Shown here in pieces: positions 1 to 8,775 of a DNA stretch of 64,000 bases; within the stretch, counting starts at the first letter, position 1, and the number at the start of each line of letters is the position of its first letter. Position numbers and translations under genes: made by a program. The DNA is taken from sequence record KU686213.1, one strand, 5' to 3'. The notes below the pieces were generated by a model. It ran no database searches, was not told the DNA's origin, and saw only the letters and a list, made by a program, of their open reading frames with translations.

Positions 1-6
1 GGTAAG

Positions 7-342
7 ATGTCTGCTGTTTCTGCAGGCACATATGACGCAACATATTCCACTCAACCTATTAGTCTAAAGAACGATCCTGCATATGCTGAAAGTGCAGCAA
101 ATACTCTAACTGGTATTTCAACAATTAGAACTCAGGTTATTGCTGGCGTTTCTACAGCAGGTATTGATGCTATTGAGCCTACTGGTACTGCTGGAACTAG
201 CACAACAATTCCTGGTGGAATCCACGCTGGTTGGGTCGGCATTATGACCTACGTTGATATGCACGGTGAGCTTCGTACCAAGACTGAGACTTTTGTCGCA
301 GCATCTGGTATTGAGACTGGTAATCGCCCATTCCCTGCCTGA
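7..342 (+). CDS. Hypothetical virion-type protein; probably the 3' part of a gene that starts before the window
   Basis: The frame is open from base 1 (ggt aag atg). The sequence is Gly/Thr-rich and ends in AGWVG..TYVDMHGELRTKTETFVA, a type of C-terminus seen in cyanomyovirus structural proteins. Confidence 0.55.
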   Translation: MSAVSAGTYDATYSTQPISLKNDPAYAESAANTLTGISTIRTQVIAGVSTAGIDAIEPTGTAGTSTTIPGGIHAGWVGIMTYVDMHGELRTKTETFVAASGIETGNRPFPA

Positions 343-372
343 TAGGTAGCTTGGATATAATATAGGGGGATT

Positions 373-753
373 ATGAGATTTAACGAACTGAATGATGATA
401 ATTATCTCCTATTCGCAATCAAGTTTTACGATAATCCCCATGCGGTTACTCGTGAAGACTTTGATGACGATTTGAAAAAGATCAAATATGTGAAGCGTCT
501 ACTAAGGCGCTACATTAATACTAATACACTGAAGACACACTTGATTCTTAATCATCTGACAGTGCTCTTCAATGTATTTGGGGATGCTGCGGTTCCACTA
601 CTCTTCTATAACTTAGAAAGAGACTTGTGGTCATCTATAAAAAGCTTTCTTGTCTTCTTAAATAAACTCCCGGAGTTCCCTAGAAGCATGATTGACGATA
701 TAGAGCTGGATCAAAACTGCCTAGATCAACTGGAGATTATCGATGGAGAATAA
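373..753 (+). CDS. Conserved T4-like cyanophage hypothetical protein
   Basis: 126 aa. GGGGGA SD before the ATG. The MRFNELNDDNYLLFAIKFYDNP...HLILNHL pattern is typical of the gene upstream of primase in cyanomyoviruses. Confidence 0.75.
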   Translation: MRFNELNDDNYLLFAIKFYDNPHAVTREDFDDDLKKIKYVKRLLRRYINTNTLKTHLILNHLTVLFNVFGDAAVPLLFYNLERDLWSSIKSFLVFLNKLPEFPRSMIDDIELDQNCLDQLEIIDGE

Positions 754-1009
754 AGTAGACAAAATCCTAGAGTGCTATAGGCGTCTTAAGGAAGAGATGG
801 GTGCTGGTGCTGCCGTTGGTGGTATGACTACCCAATCTTCTCCTGGGAAACCTGGTTTTTCTGGTGCTGCTGACTCCAAAGGTCCAGTTGCTGGCTATGA
901 TGCTCCAGTAGACTTCCGCAAACGCAAATACAAGAAGCTCAATATGTTTTACCGTCAAGCTGTAAAACCTACCAAAGGAGCAAAAAATGCTAGAAAGGGA
1001 CCCCGATAA
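743..1009 (+). CDS. Hypothetical protein
   Basis: 88-aa ORF overlapping both neighbours in operon fashion. Confidence 0.6.
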   Translation: MENKVDKILECYRRLKEEMGAGAAVGGMTTQSSPGKPGFSGAADSKGPVAGYDAPVDFRKRKYKKLNMFYRQAVKPTKGAKNARKGPR

Positions 1010-1373
1010 CATTAAGTTAGCAGTCCTTGAAGAAAAGTTGGGTAACATGGTAGAGGTTATCTCTCGCTTGGATGCTACAATTGAAAAATTGAGTGATCTA
1101 AGTGTAAACGTAAGTAGAATGCTTGCTGTCCACGAGGAAAAACTAGACTTCGCTCGCGAAACTGCCGCCGAAACGGCTAAGGATATCGATGAGTTAGAAG
1201 AACGGTTGGATGAGAAGATGGAAGCTTATTCCGTCAGACTCCGATCAGTAGAACGTCGAGTTTGGGTTGGGTTAGGTGTCGCTCTTGCTGTGACACTTAT
1301 ACTACAGTCCCCCATCGTGTTCAATATGCTTCATCATACGGATAAATCTGCTATAATGGTTCCAAGGAACTAA
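987..1373 (+). CDS. Coiled-coil protein with one C-terminal transmembrane helix
   Basis: Heptad-like acidic/Leu N-terminal region, then hydrophobic VWVGLGVALAVTLILQSPIVF. AAAGGAG SD upstream. Confidence 0.65.
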   Translation: MLERDPDNIKLAVLEEKLGNMVEVISRLDATIEKLSDLSVNVSRMLAVHEEKLDFARETAAETAKDIDELEERLDEKMEAYSVRLRSVERRVWVGLGVALAVTLILQSPIVFNMLHHTDKSAIMVPRN

Positions 1374-1387
1374 GCTCTAACTTCATA

Positions 1388-2365
1388 ATGGATTTTGTTG
1401 ATTCAAAATATGTGAACTTGGTCTCCTCTCGTTTGGAAAAGTTCAAAAGAACAAAGGCGGATCTTTTTAATTTCCGCTGCCCCATCTGTGGGGACTCTTC
1501 TAAGAACAAAACCAAAGCGAGAGGCTACCTCTACACAGTAAAAAACAATACTAATTTTAAGTGTCATAACTGTCAATCCAGTATGTCACTAAACAATTTC
1601 ATTAAGAAGATGGATCCAGTCCTTCATAAGCAATATGTTATGGAGAAGTTTAAGGAAGGTCACACAGGCAAAAACTTCTCTACACCAACTCCCAAACTTG
1701 ACTTCAAGGCACCCACTTTCACTAGAAAGACAAAGATTAGATTACCTAAAGCATCCGAGAACGAGCAAGCTAAAGCCTATTTGGTAAATCGTAAGTTAGA
1801 CCCAGACAAGTTTTACTATACCGCAGGATTTAAGAAGTGGGCAAACACACTTACCAAAGCATTTAGCAATACTCAATATGATGACGCACGTATTGTAATC
1901 CCTTTATATACAGCAGATGGAGACTTGTTTGGTTTCCAAGGAAGAGCCCTTGGTCCTAGTAAGGTTAAATACATTACTATCATGCTCAATGATGACCATC
2001 CCAAAGTGTATGGGATGGATACAGTAGACACGAACAAGACTGTCTACGTGGTAGAGGGACCATTTGACTCTACTTTTATCAATAACGGTATCGCAATGTG
2101 TGGTGCTGATGTTGACCTAGATACTCTACAAATAAAAGATCTAGTATACGTTTACGATAACGAACCAAGAAACAAAGAAATCTGTGCCCGTATTGAGAAG
2201 GCAATTAAACAAGGTAAAAAGGTTGTTATTTTCCCGTCACGTATTATAGAAAAAGACTTAAACGATATGGTTCTACAAGGCATAGACGCTAATTCTATGC
2301 TAGAATCAAATACATACCAATCACTCACAGCAACAATTAAGTATAACGAATGGAAACGATTATGA
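1388..2365 (+). CDS. gp61: DNA primase (T4 gp61-like)
   Basis: Zn finger CPICGDS...CHNC, GFQGRAL, TOPRIM motif VVEGPFDS and YVYDNEPRN. Confidence 0.95.
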   Translation: MDFVDSKYVNLVSSRLEKFKRTKADLFNFRCPICGDSSKNKTKARGYLYTVKNNTNFKCHNCQSSMSLNNFIKKMDPVLHKQYVMEKFKEGHTGKNFSTPTPKLDFKAPTFTRKTKIRLPKASENEQAKAYLVNRKLDPDKFYYTAGFKKWANTLTKAFSNTQYDDARIVIPLYTADGDLFGFQGRALGPSKVKYITIMLNDDHPKVYGMDTVDTNKTVYVVEGPFDSTFINNGIAMCGADVDLDTLQIKDLVYVYDNEPRNKEICARIEKAIKQGKKVVIFPSRIIEKDLNDMVLQGIDANSMLESNTYQSLTATIKYNEWKRL

Positions 2366-4665
2366 ACAGCGACATCAAGGTAATCAAAAGATCTGGTGCT
2401 AGTGAGCCTCTTGATATCAATAAGCTACATGTAATGGTAGAAGCTGCCTGTGAAGGATTGGCTGGCGTATCTGTATCCCAAGTTGAAATGACTTCGGAGA
2501 TTCAGTTCTTTGATGGTATTACTACTGATCAGATCCAACGTATTCTTGTTAGTTCTGCCTCCAATCTAATTGACTTGGAGCACCCAAACTATCAGTTCGT
2601 AGCTGCCCGTCTAATGCTGTTTGCTCTACGTAAGCAGGTTTATGGTAAGCTTCACGAATTGATTACTGTGAAGGAGCAGGTAGAGCGCTGTGTAGAGGCT
2701 GGTGTGTATGATGAGGAGATCCTATCTCTATATTCTGATGAAGAGTTCGCTGAGTTTGATCGCATCATCGACCATGATCGTGACTATATCTTTACCTTTG
2801 CTGGTCTTCGTCAAGTAGTTGACAAGTACCTAGTCCAAGATCGTACATTTGATAAGATGTATGAGACTCCACAATTTATGTACCTTTTGGTTGCGGCGAC
2901 TATGTTCTCCCGCTATCCTAAGGCAACCCGCATGTCCTATGTAAAACGATATTATGACGCAACATCAAAGCACCGTATCAATATTCCAACGCCTATTATG
3001 GCAGGTGTTAGAACGCCCCTTAGGCAGTACGCTAGCTGCGTTCTTATTGATTCCGACGACAGTCTCGATTCTATCTTTAGCTCTGATATGGCTATTGGCA
3101 GATACGTTGCGCAAAGAGCTGGAATCGGGATCAACGCTGGCAGAATCCGTGGACTCAACAGTTCGATCCGTGGTGGCGAGGTCAGCCATACCGGGGTAAT
3201 TCCATTCCTAAAGAAGTTTGAAGCTACTGTCCGCTGCTGTACCCAGAATGGTATTCGTGGTGGATCTGCTACAGTTCACTTCCCCATCTGGCACCAAGAG
3301 ATCCACGATATTATCGTTCTTAAGAACAATAAGGGTACTTCTGATAATAGAGTACGTAAGTTGGACTACTCTATTCAGTTCAGTAAGATCTTCTATGAGC
3401 GCTTTATTCAGAATGGAGATATCACATTGTTCTCTCCTCATGATGTTCCTGGTTTATATGAGGCATTTGGTACAGAGGATTTTGATACTCTATACAGAAT
3501 GTATGAACTCAATGATATGACCCCTAAGAAGACTGTTAAAGCACAGGAGCTTATCCTAGAGCTACTCAAAGAGAGGGCAGAGACAGGTCGTATCTACATC
3601 ATGAACATTGACCACTGTAATAGTCATAGTTCTTTCCTAGATAAGGTTGAGATGTCTAACCTCTGCCAAGAGATTACACTTCCCACTCGCCCTTTAGACC
3701 ATATTGATAGTACTGAAGGTGAGATTGCCCTCTGTATCCTCTCTGCCGTCAACGTAGGCAAGCTACGTAACTTGGAAGAGATGGAAGAGTTATGTGACCT
3801 AGCAGTCCGTGGACTCGATGAACTCATTGACTTTCAGGGATACCCAATCAAAGCAGCGGAGATTGCCACCAAGAACCGCCGTAGCCTCGGTATTGGTTAC
3901 ATTGGACTAGCACACTACCTAGCCAAGCATCACGCCAACTACGCCGACCCAGAAGCCTTACAGCTAGTCCACGATCTTACAGAGCACTTCCAGTACTACC
4001 TCATCAAAGCTACAACTAATCTCGCTAAAGAGAAAGGAGCTTGTGGTTGGTCTCATCGCACCAAGTACCATCACGGTATTCTCCCCATCGACACATACAA
4101 GAGTGATGTTGATGGTCTAGTTCCTAACAATCTCTCACTGGACTGGGAAGCCCTACGAGCCGACTGTATCAAGTATGGGGTACGCAACTCCACATTAAGC
4201 GCACAGATGCCCTCTGAAAGCTCTTCAGTGGTCTGTAACGCAACTAACGGTATCGAACCACCCCGTGGATATCTATCCGTTAAGAAGAGCAAGAAAGGAC
4301 CTCTCACGCAGATCGTTCCTTCTTATCAAACTCTTAAGCAGTATTACACATTGTTGTGGGATATGAAGAGCAATGAAGGTTACATCAACATTGTAGCTGT
4401 TATGCAGAAGTTCTTCGATCAAGCTATCAGTGGGAACTGGAGCTATAACCCCAAGAACTATCCTGATGGTGAAGTTCCAGTATCCGTTATGGTAAATGAC
4501 TGGCTGAATACATATAAGTATGGTTGGAAGACTTCTTATTACCAAAATACATACGATACATCTAACGACGGCACAGAAGAAGCTCCCAAAGAGGAGACTA
4601 TGGAAGACATCCTAGCCGAAGCAGAGTATTCTGATGATGACGATTGCGACTCTTGCAAGATTTAG
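2362..4665 (+). CDS. nrdA: Ribonucleotide reductase class Ia alpha subunit
   Basis: N-terminal ATP cone (VIKRSG), TPIMAGVRTP..QYASCV, SNLCQEI, NGIEPPR and C-terminal CDSCKI. The start is placed at the ATGA overlap with the primase stop. Confidence 0.97.
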   Translation: MNSDIKVIKRSGASEPLDINKLHVMVEAACEGLAGVSVSQVEMTSEIQFFDGITTDQIQRILVSSASNLIDLEHPNYQFVAARLMLFALRKQVYGKLHELITVKEQVERCVEAGVYDEEILSLYSDEEFAEFDRIIDHDRDYIFTFAGLRQVVDKYLVQDRTFDKMYETPQFMYLLVAATMFSRYPKATRMSYVKRYYDATSKHRINIPTPIMAGVRTPLRQYASCVLIDSDDSLDSIFSSDMAIGRYVAQRAGIGINAGRIRGLNSSIRGGEVSHTGVIPFLKKFEATVRCCTQNGIRGGSATVHFPIWHQEIHDIIVLKNNKGTSDNRVRKLDYSIQFSKIFYERFIQNGDITLFSPHDVPGLYEAFGTEDFDTLYRMYELNDMTPKKTVKAQELILELLKERAETGRIYIMNIDHCNSHSSFLDKVEMSNLCQEITLPTRPLDHIDSTEGEIALCILSAVNVGKLRNLEEMEELCDLAVRGLDELIDFQGYPIKAAEIATKNRRSLGIGYIGLAHYLAKHHANYADPEALQLVHDLTEHFQYYLIKATTNLAKEKGACGWSHRTKYHHGILPIDTYKSDVDGLVPNNLSLDWEALRADCIKYGVRNSTLSAQMPSESSSVVCNATNGIEPPRGYLSVKKSKKGPLTQIVPSYQTLKQYYTLLWDMKSNEGYINIVAVMQKFFDQAISGNWSYNPKNYPDGEVPVSVMVNDWLNTYKYGWKTSYYQNTYDTSNDGTEEAPKEETMEDILAEAEYSDDDDCDSCKI

Positions 4666-4668
4666 ATC

Positions 4669-4697
4669 TTGCGGGGTCTCCCCTTTCCTGCTATAAT
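4669..4697 (+). promoter_or_regulatory. Sigma70-type promoter of nrdB
   Basis: TTGCGG-N17-TATAAT with extended -10 (TGcTATAAT). Confidence 0.6.
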
Positions 4698-4718
4698 TAA
4701 CACCTCTTGTAGAATCCT

Positions 4719-5873
4719 ATGACTGCCCATAACATCGATGGAATGACTGTATTTAATTCCAACGAAGTTGATACTAAAAAACAACCTATGTTCTTTGGAC
4801 AACCTTTGGGTGTCCAAAGATATGATTCATATAAGTATCCTATTTTTGAGAAGCTAACACAGCAACAACTAGGATTCTTTTGGAAACCCGAAGAGGTTTC
4901 TCTCCAAAAAGATCGTTCTGATTACCAGAAGCTTCGTCCAGAACAGAAGCATATCTTTACATCTAATCTAAAATATCAAATCCTCCTTGATTCTGTTCAG
5001 GGTCGTGGTCCTAGTATGGCTTTTGCTCCATATTGTTCCCTACCTGAACTAGAAGGTTGTATGAAAGCGTGGGAGTTTATGGAGATGATCCATTCACGTT
5101 CCTACACATATATTATTAAGAACATCTATTCAGATCCTTCTGAAGTATTTGATACTATCCTTAAGGATGATCGTATCCTAGAACGTGCTACTGCCGTTAC
5201 TGCTGCTTATAATGAGTTTATCAACGCAGCGCACGACTACGACTCCCGTAAAGTGTATGAGCAGGCACAGGAAGATGTGTCTGTTGCCCAGGAAGAGCGC
5301 CGTGAGCTTAAGCGTAAGCTCTATCGTGCTGTAGCAAATGTTAATATCCTAGAAGGTATTCGTTTTTACGTATCATTTGCTTGTAGTTTTGCCTTTGGTG
5401 AGCTAAAGCAGATGGAAGGTTCAGCTAAAATCATTAGTTTAATTGCTCGTGATGAGTCACAACACCTAGTAATCACCCAGAATATTCTAAAAAACTGGGA
5501 GAAAGGTGACGATCCCGAGATGGTTGATATTGCTCGGGAAGAGAAGGAGTGGGTCATCAACACATTCCGTGCTGCTGTTCAGCAAGAGAAAGAATGGGCA
5601 GAGTACCTATTCAAAGATGGTTCTATGATTGGTCTCAATGAGAAGCTTCTAGCCAACTATGTTGAGTGGGTTGCTAATCGACGTATGAAGGCAATTGGTT
5701 TAGAGCCAATCTTTGATGTACCAGCCAAGAACAATCCACTTCCTTGGACAGAGCACTGGCTCAACTCCAAGAGTGTACAGGTTGCTCCACAGGAAACAGA
5801 GATTACCTCATACATTGTTGGTGGTCTTAAACAGGATATGAAAGAAGATCAGTTCTCTGGATTCTCCTTATAA
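4719..5873 (+). CDS. nrdB: Ribonucleotide reductase class Ia beta subunit
   Basis: FFWKPEEV, di-iron ligands (EMIHSRSY, LEGIRFY, RDESQH) and C-terminal PQETEITSY. Confidence 0.97.
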   Translation: MTAHNIDGMTVFNSNEVDTKKQPMFFGQPLGVQRYDSYKYPIFEKLTQQQLGFFWKPEEVSLQKDRSDYQKLRPEQKHIFTSNLKYQILLDSVQGRGPSMAFAPYCSLPELEGCMKAWEFMEMIHSRSYTYIIKNIYSDPSEVFDTILKDDRILERATAVTAAYNEFINAAHDYDSRKVYEQAQEDVSVAQEERRELKRKLYRAVANVNILEGIRFYVSFACSFAFGELKQMEGSAKIISLIARDESQHLVITQNILKNWEKGDDPEMVDIAREEKEWVINTFRAAVQQEKEWAEYLFKDGSMIGLNEKLLANYVEWVANRRMKAIGLEPIFDVPAKNNPLPWTEHWLNSKSVQVAPQETEITSYIVGGLKQDMKEDQFSGFSL

Positions 5874-5876
5874 ATA
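5869..5876 (+). promoter_or_regulatory. T4-type late promoter
   Basis: TATAAATA overlapping the nrdB stop codon. Confidence 0.55.
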
Positions 5877-5879
5877 CAG

Positions 5880-5902
5880 GCTCCCTTAGGGGAGCTTTTT
5901 TT
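5880..5902 (+). terminator. Intrinsic terminator after nrdB
   Basis: gctccc-ttag-gggagc followed by T7. Confidence 0.85.
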
Positions 5903-5938
5903 ATGTCTAAATAGTTTTATAAAGTATTCATTAAAATA

Positions 5939-6382
5939 ATGTCTAGGGAAGAACTTATTGAATTGGCACTACAAGGTTCTGTAATTGCAGAGCAAATCGA
6001 AGAATCTGCAGACATTTACATCGATATTGCAGAGCATCTACTAGCATCTGGTCACGCATCTACAATCGGAGAGATTGACGTAATCCTTAGGGGAATGACT
6101 GTTGAGTCTGCTTCTGGTATTTTGGATGCCGTAGAGGGCACTCGGACGCTCTCTGAGGGGCACAAAAAGATTGCTGCTGGATTGGAAGCTGACCCAGAGG
6201 GATATATGGTCCTGCGCCAGATAGCCACCGCAGAGAACGCTTGCCTACGCATCAAGACTTACATTGGTGGAGACAAGATGCTCCAACTACCAGCGTGGGT
6301 TCAGGCTAAAATGTCTATCGCAGCTGCTGACCTAGATACTATTGCTGATTACTTACTATCAGATACAGAAGCTACTGAGTGA
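5939..6382 (+). CDS. Hypothetical late protein
   Basis: 147 aa. CTAAATA at 5907-5913 upstream. C-terminal LPAWVQAKMSIAAADLDTIADYL resembles a motif common in T4-like hypothetical proteins. Confidence 0.65.
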   Translation: MSREELIELALQGSVIAEQIEESADIYIDIAEHLLASGHASTIGEIDVILRGMTVESASGILDAVEGTRTLSEGHKKIAAGLEADPEGYMVLRQIATAENACLRIKTYIGGDKMLQLPAWVQAKMSIAAADLDTIADYLLSDTEATE

Positions 6383-6388
6383 TTTATT

Positions 6389-6832
6389 ATGAGCACTGTT
6401 ATTGCTGAAAACTTTATAACACCTAATGGAACAGGACTAGTCCCTATAGGTACTGTTATTATGTACTATGGTGCTACTGCTCCCACTGGGTACTTGGAAT
6501 GTGATGGACAGTCTACAGCTGCCTATGAGGATTTATTAGCACTAATTGGTCCCAACACCCCAGACCTTCGCGGTGAATTCGTAAGAGGTTGGGATAACGG
6601 TAGAGGTGTTGATACTGGTCGTGCTTTAGGTAGTACTCAAGATGATGAGTTTAAAGAACATCAACATACGATTGATGGATATCTTCTCCAAGATGGAGCG
6701 AACTATTCTCAAGCAAAAATCATAGCTGATGACGATAGAACTGATAGTGCTATAAGCAAAACCACTAATAATGAAGGTGGGACCGAGACTCGCCCACGTA
6801 ACGTAGCTCTGATGTACTGTATTAAGCATTGA
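6389..6832 (+). CDS. Stand-alone phage tail-collar domain protein
   Basis: PIGTVIMYYGATAPTGYLECDG...PDLRGEFVRGWDNGRGVD...ETRPRNVALMYCIK is the classic tail-collar signature. Confidence 0.85.
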   Translation: MSTVIAENFITPNGTGLVPIGTVIMYYGATAPTGYLECDGQSTAAYEDLLALIGPNTPDLRGEFVRGWDNGRGVDTGRALGSTQDDEFKEHQHTIDGYLLQDGANYSQAKIIADDDRTDSAISKTTNNEGGTETRPRNVALMYCIKH

Positions 6833-6838
6833 TATAGG

Positions 6839-6868
6839 GACCTCTTACTTGACAAGAGGTCTTTTTTT
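6839..6868 (+). terminator. Intrinsic terminator overlapping the next promoter
   Basis: gacctctt-acttgac-aagaggtc followed by T7. Confidence 0.8.
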
Positions 6869-6877
6869 GTGTATAAT
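6849..6877 (+). promoter_or_regulatory. Consensus sigma70 promoter
   Basis: TTGACA (6849-6854), 17 nt, TATAAT (6872-6877). Confidence 0.85.
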
Positions 6878-6913
6878 CAGCCTTGTCGAGGGTGATAAGT
6901 GACTTTAAGTACT
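6878..6913 (+). repeat. 36-nt promoter-leader element, copy 1 (copy 2 at 58085-58120)
   Basis: cagccttgtcgagggtgataagtgactttaagtact; 32/36 identical to 58085-58120. Confidence 0.85.
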
Positions 6914-6940
6914 AAATAAATGATAATAGCTCTCAATAAT

Positions 6941-7096
6941 ATGGCTTTTAGAATATGGCATTCACCTGTAAAGAGTACTGTAGTTGAGACTTGGGAAGAA
7001 GTTTTTGTTTATTATCAGGTTCAACTAGCTACTGTAGGACATCAGCCAGATTATTGGGAAGAGATTTCAGAAGAAGAATATATAAAGAAGCGGTAA
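6941..7096 (+). CDS. Small hypothetical protein (51 aa), not in the ORF track
   Basis: Hand translation MAFRIWHSPVKSTVVETWEEVFVYYQVQLATVGHQPDYWEEISEEEYIKKR; fills the gap between the promoter and the next gene. Confidence 0.6.
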   Translation: MAFRIWHSPVKSTVVETWEEVFVYYQVQLATVGHQPDYWEEISEEEYIKKR

Positions 7097-7105
7097 ACCA
7101 CTTCA

Positions 7106-7534
7106 ATGGTAGATTACGAGAATCCCTGGATGTATAAAGGGAGACCTTTTACTACCGAAAAGATAAAAGATTATTATGGGTTCTTATACCTTATTGAGAA
7201 TAAGCTCACTGGTAGAAAATACATTGGACGCAAGTACTTTGTGCAGAAGAGAAAACCGAAAGGTGGTAAGAGAAGAGTAACTTCTGAAAGTGATTGGAAA
7301 AAATATTATGGTTCTAACGACCAGTTAAAAGCTGATGCGAAGGAGTTTGGTAAAGAGAATTTTAGTAGAAAGATATTATCTCTACACGAAACTGTAGGCA
7401 AAACTAACTACGCAGAGACAGAAGCACTCTTTAAATACAATGTTTTAAGAGCAAAGTTAAAGGATGGTACTGCTGCATACTATAACGACAACATCCTCGG
7501 TAGGTATTACAGAAGGAACTATTGGGTGGACTAA
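7106..7534 (+). CDS. GIY-YIG endonuclease (T4 endonuclease II/DenA-like)
   Basis: YGFLYLIENKLTGRKYIGRK...WKKYYGS...NYAETEALF pattern. Confidence 0.8.
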   Translation: MVDYENPWMYKGRPFTTEKIKDYYGFLYLIENKLTGRKYIGRKYFVQKRKPKGGKRRVTSESDWKKYYGSNDQLKADAKEFGKENFSRKILSLHETVGKTNYAETEALFKYNVLRAKLKDGTAAYYNDNILGRYYRRNYWVD

Positions 7535-7557
7535 ATAAACCACCTGGTCTTTTTATT

Positions 7558-8265
7558 ATGAAGATTGAACTTAAAAACTTTTTTAAGTATTACAATGATG
7601 GCTTACCCCACCACAAAAATTCTGTTGATAAACTAGCTGAAAAAATTGCTAAATTAGCACCAGAACTTTTGGAAGACGATGCCGAGTGGGTTTCTATCTA
7701 CAGAAATCAATCTGTTGATAACGATGGCGACCAAGAATTAGTATTACCTGTTCTCTACTACCCGCAGACAGACAACTACACACAGCCCGAGAGGACGTGT
7801 AATTCATCCGCTTGTGCTATGGCTTTGGAATACTTCAAGCCAGGTACTCTACACGGTCCTAAAGGCGATGATGAGTATATTAGGGAGGTCTTCCAAGTAG
7901 GAGATACTACCGACCATTGGGTACAGACAGAGATTTTAAGAAATCACGGCATTGAATCTACATTCAAATATGATTTAGATTTTGATGACCTTGATAAAGA
8001 ATTAGAAAACCGTAGACCTGTTGTTATTGGTATCCTCCACAGGGGACCTCTATATGCCCCTTCAGGCGGTCATATGATTGTTGTGATTGGTAGAACCGAG
8101 AAAGGTGACTACATCGTTCACGACCCATATGGAGACCTCTACGATGGATATACAAGCACCGTATATAATGGTAGCTCTGCTGTATACGAAAGAAGAGTAT
8201 TAGAAAAGAGATGGACGTGCGACGGTAGTCGTTCAGGATGGGGTAGAGTTTTTTTTCCACAGTAG
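7558..8265 (+). CDS. C39-like cysteine peptidase (putative cell-wall hydrolase), 235 aa; N-terminal part of a possible frameshift fusion
   Basis: YYPQTDN...TCNSSACAM (catalytic Cys), GHMIVVIG (His), YIVHDPYG (Asp). ATG at 7558 follows CTAAATA at 7531-7537. Confidence 0.8.
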   Translation: MKIELKNFFKYYNDGLPHHKNSVDKLAEKIAKLAPELLEDDAEWVSIYRNQSVDNDGDQELVLPVLYYPQTDNYTQPERTCNSSACAMALEYFKPGTLHGPKGDDEYIREVFQVGDTTDHWVQTEILRNHGIESTFKYDLDFDDLDKELENRRPVVIGILHRGPLYAPSGGHMIVVIGRTEKGDYIVHDPYGDLYDGYTSTVYNGSSAVYERRVLEKRWTCDGSRSGWGRVFFPQ

Positions 8266-8295
8266 AACCACCTAACTCTATCTTAGGGGTTCTAC
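8250..8295 (+). promoter_or_regulatory. Candidate -1 programmed ribosomal frameshift signal
   Basis: In-frame heptamer T TTT TTT (8250-8256), 5-nt spacer, then stem gtagaacc-a-cctaa[ctctatc]ttagg-ggttctac (8262-8295). Confidence 0.65.
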
Positions 8296-8774
8296 CAAAT
8301 TCAGGCATACAACTAATCAAAGAATTTGAGGGGCTTCACGTCCTAAGAAACGATGGGTATATTCATGCCTATCCAGACCCACTCTCAGGAAATCTACCAA
8401 TCACTATTGGCTGGGGTTCCACTAGAAAGTTGAATGGTTATCCGTTCAAGCTTGGAGATAAAATAACCAGGTCTGATGCTGATGAATTACTAATACATCA
8501 GTTGAAGGATGAATACTTATCTACTCTAGAAAGAGAAGTACCTTACTGGAGAGAAATGAACGACAACCAGAGAGGAGCTTTGTTGAGCTTCGCATATAAT
8601 TTGGGAGCACATTTCTATGGTAGTGCTGGTTTCAGCACAATAAGCCGTGTTCTTCGGGAAAAGGAGTGGAATAAAGTCCCTGATGCGCTATACTTATACC
8701 GAAACCCAGGCACAAGCGTAGAGGTAGGCTTGACCCGCAGACGCATTGCCGAAGGTGATCTTTGGAAATCTTAA
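8256..8774 (+). CDS. GH24 phage lysozyme domain in the -1 frame, with no start codon before the catalytic motif
   Basis: The frame is open from 8247 to 8774 and reads GIQLIKEFEG...AYPDPLSGNLPITIGWGST...NQRGALLSFAYNLG...GLTRRRIAEG. There is no in-frame ATG/GTG/TTG before the TTG at 8430, which lies after the catalytic residues. Confidence 0.85.
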   Translation, partial: STVEPPNSILGVLPNSGIQLIKEFEGLHVLRNDGYIHAYPDPLSGNLPITIGWGSTRKLNGYPFKLGDKITRSDADELLIHQLKDEYLSTLEREVPYWREMNDNQRGALLSFAYNLGAHFYGSAGFSTISRVLREKEWNKVPDALYLYRNPGTSVEVGLTRRRIAEGDLWKS

Positions 8775-8775
8775 T

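Noticed and set aside
987-1373. Holin or spanin call for the coiled-coil/TM protein
   Set aside because: A single TM helix and a location among replication genes are not enough evidence.
2362-5873. Introns or inteins in nrdA/nrdB (common in T4-like phages), also checked in thyX
   Set aside because: The ORFs are continuous, of normal length, and show no splicing or endonuclease insert.
8430-8774. Track ORF starting at TTG 8430 as a complete lysozyme gene
   Set aside because: This start lies downstream of the catalytic Glu/Asp/Thr motifs, which are encoded in the same open frame from 8247.
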